Source: Sedimentisphaera cyanobacteriorum (lineage in GTDB: Bacteria > Planctomycetota > Phycisphaerae > Sedimentisphaerales > Sedimentisphaeraceae). From it: a stretch of DNA of 32,000 bases. The position numbers and the translations under genes were made by a program. The stretch covers positions 1,800,001 through 1,832,000 of the forward strand of contig NZ_CP019633.1 of NCBI RefSeq assembly GCF_001997385.1, written 5' to 3'. Position 1 is the first letter of the stretch; each line of letters opens with the position of its first letter. Below the pieces are notes generated by a model that saw only the letters and a list, made by a program, of their open reading frames with translations, was not told the origin of the DNA and did not search any database. Positions 27,980-32,000 of the stretch are shown in pieces.

Positions 27980-28393
27980 TTAAACTGCGTCTTCCTCGGG
28001 CATCATAACAAATTTGCTCAGCTTCACCCCCTTCAGTGCAGCGAGCTGTTCAGACAGGAGCTTTATATTTTCTGCTTTTCCCTTGGTTATAATAACCTCC
28101 ATACAGCTTAAATGGCTAAGGTGCACGTGGGTTGAAGCGATTACCTCCATTATATGCTGGTGCTGGAGGTCGGTGAGTTTCTGAGCGAGGCTTGATTTAT
28201 GGTGGTCGTAGATGAGTGTTATACAGCCCACAGCATCTTCATCCCCGCGGGAGAGCTTTTCTTCAGCGAGCTTCTGCCTTATAAGATCCCGAACCGCTTC
28301 AGACCTGTTTTTTACGCCTGATTTCTTTATAAACTTGTCAAATCTTTCCAGCAGCGGGTCTTCTATAGACACGCCTATTCTCTCGATATTCAC
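27980..28393 (-). CDS. nikR: Nickel-responsive regulator NikR (ribbon-helix-helix plus C-terminal metal-binding domain)
   Basis: 'RIGVSIEDPLLERFDKFIKKSGVKNRSEAVRDLIRQ' is a CopG/RHH domain. The C-terminal 'YDHHKSSLAQKLTDLQHQHIMEVIASTHVHLSHLSCMEVI' carries the His/Cys nickel-site pattern. Confidence 0.85.
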   Translation of the reverse strand: MNIERIGVSIEDPLLERFDKFIKKSGVKNRSEAVRDLIRQKLAEEKLSRGDEDAVGCITLIYDHHKSSLAQKLTDLQHQHIMEVIASTHVHLSHLSCMEVIITKGKAENIKLLSEQLAALKGVKLSKFVMMPEEDAV

Positions 28394-28737
28394 TGTTTAT
28401 CCTCTAATTCTTCCTGAACTGGTGCAACGCAGAAAATATAAACCAGCGGCGTCTTACCTGTGTTTTTTATGTCGTGAAGCGTATGAGGCGGGATATAGCA
28501 CACTTTCCCCTCACCCACTTCATAAGGTTTTCTATCTTCGCCGAGGAGGGCCTGCCCGCTGCCTGCAAGGAAAACCAGCGTTTCCTCGTGCGATTTAGTA
28601 GAGTGCTCTCCGCAGGTTTCTCCTTTTTCCAGCCGAACCCTGCCCGAGCGCATGCCGCAGGTTTGTGGAGCGCCTTCGAGAATCGGCTGATACTTTCCGT
28701 CTTTCTGGAGATCAGTTACTTTAGGTTCAGAGGCCAT
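28390..28737 (-). CDS. Cupin-domain protein (115 aa), overlapping the nikR start by 4 nt
   Basis: 'GEHSTKSHEETLVFLAGSGQALL...YIPPHTLHDIKNTG' has the two cupin motifs with His/Glu ligands. Confidence 0.7.
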   Translation of the reverse strand: MASEPKVTDLQKDGKYQPILEGAPQTCGMRSGRVRLEKGETCGEHSTKSHEETLVFLAGSGQALLGEDRKPYEVGEGKVCYIPPHTLHDIKNTGKTPLVYIFCVAPVQEELEDKQ

Positions 28738-28856
28738 TATTTTTTCCTTTAGTTTTTTCTTGAATATGAAAATTTATAGTTTAGAGTATCTGTTGCTACG
28801 ATTTTGATTTTTTTATGCGCTTTGTCAAAAGGAAATATTATTTTTGGGAGAATCTT

Positions 28857-29900
28857 ATGGTTAAGTCATCGCTAATCTGCATTTCAGTTCTCACGTGTTC
28901 GGCTCTTTTCGCAGCAAGTACATCGCCCCAGCCTGTAAGCCACGAACAGCTTCAGGCAGTTCATCCAGACGGGACAAGCTTCTTTGATGATTCAGGCTCG
29001 CTGATGGTTTCGGTGGAGGGGATCCTATTGAACAGTCCTGAAGAATATCTGAACCCCGATCCTAATTCCACCGTGCAGGAGTGGTTTATGGGCGGCCAAT
29101 GGCAGATATACATTCAGGGAGAAGGCTCCGACCATGCTGGAACGGCCTGCTGGATGGGACAGAACTACGGCAACGGCCCCGGCGATGAAAACTACACAAA
29201 TCAGCAGTGGCTCGATGAGCTGTCTCGGCTGAACAGGGACCCGCAGACAGGCCATATCTTCCGCCCGGGAGACAGGGTTCGGGTAACAGGCACGTATCTT
29301 TTCTATGCTGGAAAACTTAACATCAATGAAAATCACGAGATAGGCGAGGCTTTCGATTTTACGGTAGAGCTTTTAGAGCCGGCTGTTGGACTGCCGCAGC
29401 CAGAGAAGATTCAGCTCAGCGACGTAAAGAATCCTGACAACACAGATCTTTTCGACGAAACACGCAATACAGGCGGGGAATATTATCAGTCCAGACTGGT
29501 AAAGCTCGAAGACGTACAGATCTCTGACCCTGAGAACTGGGCACCCGGCGCAGAGCTGACCGCCACCAACGGCAGCGGCCTTACAATCCCAATAAAGCTC
29601 GGCCTCGGGAAAGGCTTCGAGAACCACCCCTGCCCTGAAGGAGAGATTGATATCGTGGGCGTGTTCGACCAGGAAGCTCCGGGCTTCCCTCCAGACCCTA
29701 CAAAGGGCTACAGGATTATCGTATTAGATTACCACGGCAGCAGCGAAGTTTTGGGCACTCTGGATACCGGCAGAGGCAATATGCCTTCGGATATCAACGG
29801 CGATTTCAAAGTGGACTTGGAAGATTTCGCAGAGCTGAGTTTGAACTGGCTCAAAACAGCTTCCGGATTGTATAAGGCTCTCAACAACGGGCTTATTTAG
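28857..29900 (+). CDS. Secreted hypothetical protein with a C-terminal dockerin/EF-hand-like Ca-binding repeat
   Basis: The start is moved to ATG 28857, with GGGAG 6 nt upstream. The signal peptide is 'MVKSSLICISVLTCSALFAAS'. The C-terminus carries 'SDINGDFKVDLEDFAELSLNW'. Confidence 0.6.
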   Translation: MVKSSLICISVLTCSALFAASTSPQPVSHEQLQAVHPDGTSFFDDSGSLMVSVEGILLNSPEEYLNPDPNSTVQEWFMGGQWQIYIQGEGSDHAGTACWMGQNYGNGPGDENYTNQQWLDELSRLNRDPQTGHIFRPGDRVRVTGTYLFYAGKLNINENHEIGEAFDFTVELLEPAVGLPQPEKIQLSDVKNPDNTDLFDETRNTGGEYYQSRLVKLEDVQISDPENWAPGAELTATNGSGLTIPIKLGLGKGFENHPCPEGEIDIVGVFDQEAPGFPPDPTKGYRIIVLDYHGSSEVLGTLDTGRGNMPSDINGDFKVDLEDFAELSLNWLKTASGLYKALNNGLI

Positions 29901-29917
29901 ACAAGAAAGAGCAAGGG

Positions 29918-30595
29918 ATGCCTAAATTAAGGCTCTCAAAGGGATTTACAATGATAGAGCTTCTGGTAGTGATATCGATTATCGCACTGCTGATATCGAT
30001 ATTGCTTCCAGCTCTCTCGCTTGTTCGCGAGAAGGCTTCTGTTGCGAGGGTGAATGCTGAGCTCAGGCAGATTGGAATCTGCATTGAGATGTACACAGAA
30101 GACAACGGGGGAAAACACCCTCCAACCAGAGAAGACTGCTCGCTCCGCTGGCACGACAATCAGCTCCCGCCAGAGCTGGTTGAAGGAGGGTATCTGCCTT
30201 CGCCCGAGGAAAAAAGCGGGATGTCTGCCAGCATTGAAGACCCCTACACCAAAGGGGATACGTACAAATACAAGGCTGTAGGAGAGCTCTATCAGAACGA
30301 CAGGTATATGGGCGATTTGAAGAAATCATACCTTTATGTGCCTAAGGGATTCCCCGCAAAAAATCCGGGCAGCAGGCCGGAAAACGACATCAAATACACA
30401 AACCCCAACGCATCCCCTGTTACGTGGGTGCTTTACAGCCAAGGGCCGGAATTTGATGAATGGGAGATGATAAAAGAAAAAAACGGCCCCGTGCCAAGGC
30501 GCGTGTGGTACGACAGCAAAGAAAGAAAAGGTATGATAGTGCGAATGAAACTAAGAGGCAAACCCTATGACCATATCGGCACATTCAAGGATTAG
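29918..30595 (+). CDS. Prepilin-type N-terminal cleavage/methylation domain protein (pseudopilin-like), 225 aa
   Basis: 'KGFTMIELLVVISIIALLISILLPALSLVREKA' is a class III signal plus hydrophobic helix. Confidence 0.75.
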   Translation: MPKLRLSKGFTMIELLVVISIIALLISILLPALSLVREKASVARVNAELRQIGICIEMYTEDNGGKHPPTREDCSLRWHDNQLPPELVEGGYLPSPEEKSGMSASIEDPYTKGDTYKYKAVGELYQNDRYMGDLKKSYLYVPKGFPAKNPGSRPENDIKYTNPNASPVTWVLYSQGPEFDEWEMIKEKNGPVPRRVWYDSKERKGMIVRMKLRGKPYDHIGTFKD

Positions 30596-31430
30596 AGTAA
30601 CGGCTGTTTCAATCATTGCTGCGGCGTTTATTCCCGCCCTGCTCTCCGGCTGCGGAGACAAAGAAAAGGAAAAGAGCGATGCGAAGTTTGCCGCTGCTAA
30701 TTCATACATCTTTTCGGCTCTCTCGCATATCACAGGGAATCCTGAAGCAACAGTTAATCTCGTTCCGCCCGGGATGTGCCCGGGGCATTTCGATATCTCA
30801 CCTTCGCAGGTAAAGGAGCTTTTCAACTGCAGGCTGCTTTTCCTGTTCGATTTTCAGGGTAATATAGAAGATTCGGTGCAGAGGATTTCTCAAAGGGGGC
30901 TAAAGCTCAAAAAACTCAAAGCCCCGGGCGGGATGTGCCTGCCCAAAACATACGAAAACATAATATCCCAGCTTTGCAGACACCTCGCGGAAGACAGTCC
31001 CGAAACGGCAGATATGTATGAGCTGAGGGAAAAACAGATCACAGAGAAAATCAAACAGTTCTCAGAGAATACACTTAAAAACTTCAGAGAGGCCGGTCTT
31101 GCAGGCAGAAAGGTAATATGCTCAGAGCACCAGAAGGCCTTCTGCGAGTGGCTCGGGCTGGAGGTAATAGCTTCATTCTCAGGCCGCGATACAGTAACCC
31201 CCACTCAGATAAACGAATGCCTCAAAGCTGCAGAAGGAAAGCAGATTGATTTTGTGATTGCAAACAGGCAGGAAGGAACAAAGCTCGCAGAGGCGATAGC
31301 AAAGAGAATTCAGGCAAGGCCGAAAGTTTTCAGCAACTTCCCCGGTCCGGGAGAAGGTGAAAAATCCTGCCAGACTTACTTCGAGCTTGTCGAGCGAAAT
31401 ATCAGCTCTCTTATGAATGACGGACAATAG
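30567..31430 (+). CDS. Metal ABC transporter substrate-binding lipoprotein (TroA/ZnuA cluster-9 type)
   Basis: Lipobox 'ALLSGCG'. 'LVPPGMCPGHFDISPSQVKEL' occupies the place of the family's metal-ligand 'H.y..sp....l' motif. The fold-length is typical (287 aa), and an ABC ATPase follows. Confidence 0.72.
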   Translation: MTISAHSRIRVTAVSIIAAAFIPALLSGCGDKEKEKSDAKFAAANSYIFSALSHITGNPEATVNLVPPGMCPGHFDISPSQVKELFNCRLLFLFDFQGNIEDSVQRISQRGLKLKKLKAPGGMCLPKTYENIISQLCRHLAEDSPETADMYELREKQITEKIKQFSENTLKNFREAGLAGRKVICSEHQKAFCEWLGLEVIASFSGRDTVTPTQINECLKAAEGKQIDFVIANRQEGTKLAEAIAKRIQARPKVFSNFPGPGEGEKSCQTYFELVERNISSLMNDGQ

Positions 31431-31432
31431 CT

Positions 31433-32000
31433 TTGGGTGCTGAGCTGAAAATATCAAATCTCTCAATCAGGGCTTCAGGCAGGGAGATACTCAAAGATAT
31501 AAATCTCAGCATCTGCCCGGGTGAGTATGTGAATATTATTGGAGCAAACGGAGCCGGCAAAACTACCCTGCTCAAGGCTGCAGCGGGGCTCAAAAGGCCA
31601 GCCTCTGGTAAGATTTCATTCGACGGGCAGGATATATACGGTCTCGGATGGTGGAAGAAAACAAACCTCCAGAAGAGGATCGGCTATATACCGCAGTCTG
31701 CGGAGTACAATTCTGAGTTGCCCTTCACTGCCGGCGAAGTTGCCGCGATGGGCAGAGTTAGCGCGAGGCGGCTCTTTGAAAGGCTCAAAAGCGAGGATCA
31801 GGCCTGCGTGGATGAATGGCTCGGCAAACTGCATATCAAAGAGCTCAAAAACCAGCCGTTCAGCAGTCTTTCAGGCGGGGAGAAACAGAAGGTGCTGATA
31901 GCAAGGGCTCTCACTCAAAACCCCTCTCTTTTAATCCTCGACGAGCCTTCGGCTAATCTGGATTTCTACTGGAAAAAAGAAATATCAAGGCTCGTAAAAG
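31433..32000 (+). CDS. Metal ABC transporter ATP-binding protein (ZnuC/TroB-like), 3' end outside the window
   Basis: This frame is not listed in the track because no stop is reached. TTG 31433 begins '...LKISNLSIRASGREILKDINLSICPGEYVNIIGANGAGKTTLLK' (Walker A), then 'LSGGEKQKVLIARAL' (signature) and 'LLILDEPSANLD' (Walker B). Confidence 0.8.
   Translation, partial: MGAELKISNLSIRASGREILKDINLSICPGEYVNIIGANGAGKTTLLKAAAGLKRPASGKISFDGQDIYGLGWWKKTNLQKRIGYIPQSAEYNSELPFTAGEVAAMGRVSARRLFERLKSEDQACVDEWLGKLHIKELKNQPFSSLSGGEKQKVLIARALTQNPSLLILDEPSANLDFYWKKEISRLVK

Noticed and set aside
31539-31898. Track ORF of 119 aa (MEQTEPAKLPCSRLQRGSKG…).
   Set aside because: It is the wrong frame of the ABC ATPase gene. 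The frame starting at 31433 carries Walker A, signature and Walker B motifs and runs off the window end.

Overview
The window is a bacterial chromosome segment. Several prepilin-type pseudopilin-like genes (N-terminal 'GF(S/T)LIELLVVI', C-terminal 'F.DGHV') suggest a PVC/Planctomycetota-like host; this is inference only. It divides into five parts. (1) nt 1-10818 is visibly AT-richer, with every gene on the + strand. It is the right-hand part of an integrative element inserted at the 3' end of tRNA-Lys(CUU). It carries a 5'-truncated type ISP/IIG-like R-M enzyme, two unassignable genes (130 aa and 655 aa), and an AlpA-like HTH / Cys4 protein / Zn-finger-Toprim primase / P-loop ATPase operon. 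These are followed by an iteron-like repeat array, a Cro-like HTH gene and a tyrosine integrase whose ORF reads antisense into the tRNA. The left att site is not in the window. (2) A housekeeping block holds hisE, hisG, a PhrB-like photolyase/cryptochrome, pheT, glnS, queF and queC. (3) A ~2.1 kb AT-rich type II R-M islet lies between queC and an ABC-F (uup-like) gene. Its beta-class SPPY methyltransferase is frameshifted in a C8 tract inside the catalytic motif, and the adjacent nuclease-like ORF carries an in-frame TGA. (4) Next come uup, infC (apparent AUU start) and thrS. (5) An AT-rich accessory stretch holds a SAM methyltransferase split at an A7 run and a pseudopilin-like gene with an in-frame TAG. 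It is followed by a cupin-nikR operon, a secreted protein, another pseudopilin-like gene and the start of a TroA/ZnuA-type metal ABC transporter. The most interesting parts are the element's uncharacterised cargo and replication/iteron module, and the cluster of gene interruptions confined to accessory DNA. No function for the unknown genes can be read from sequence alone. All family assignments rest on motifs I recognise, not on searches.
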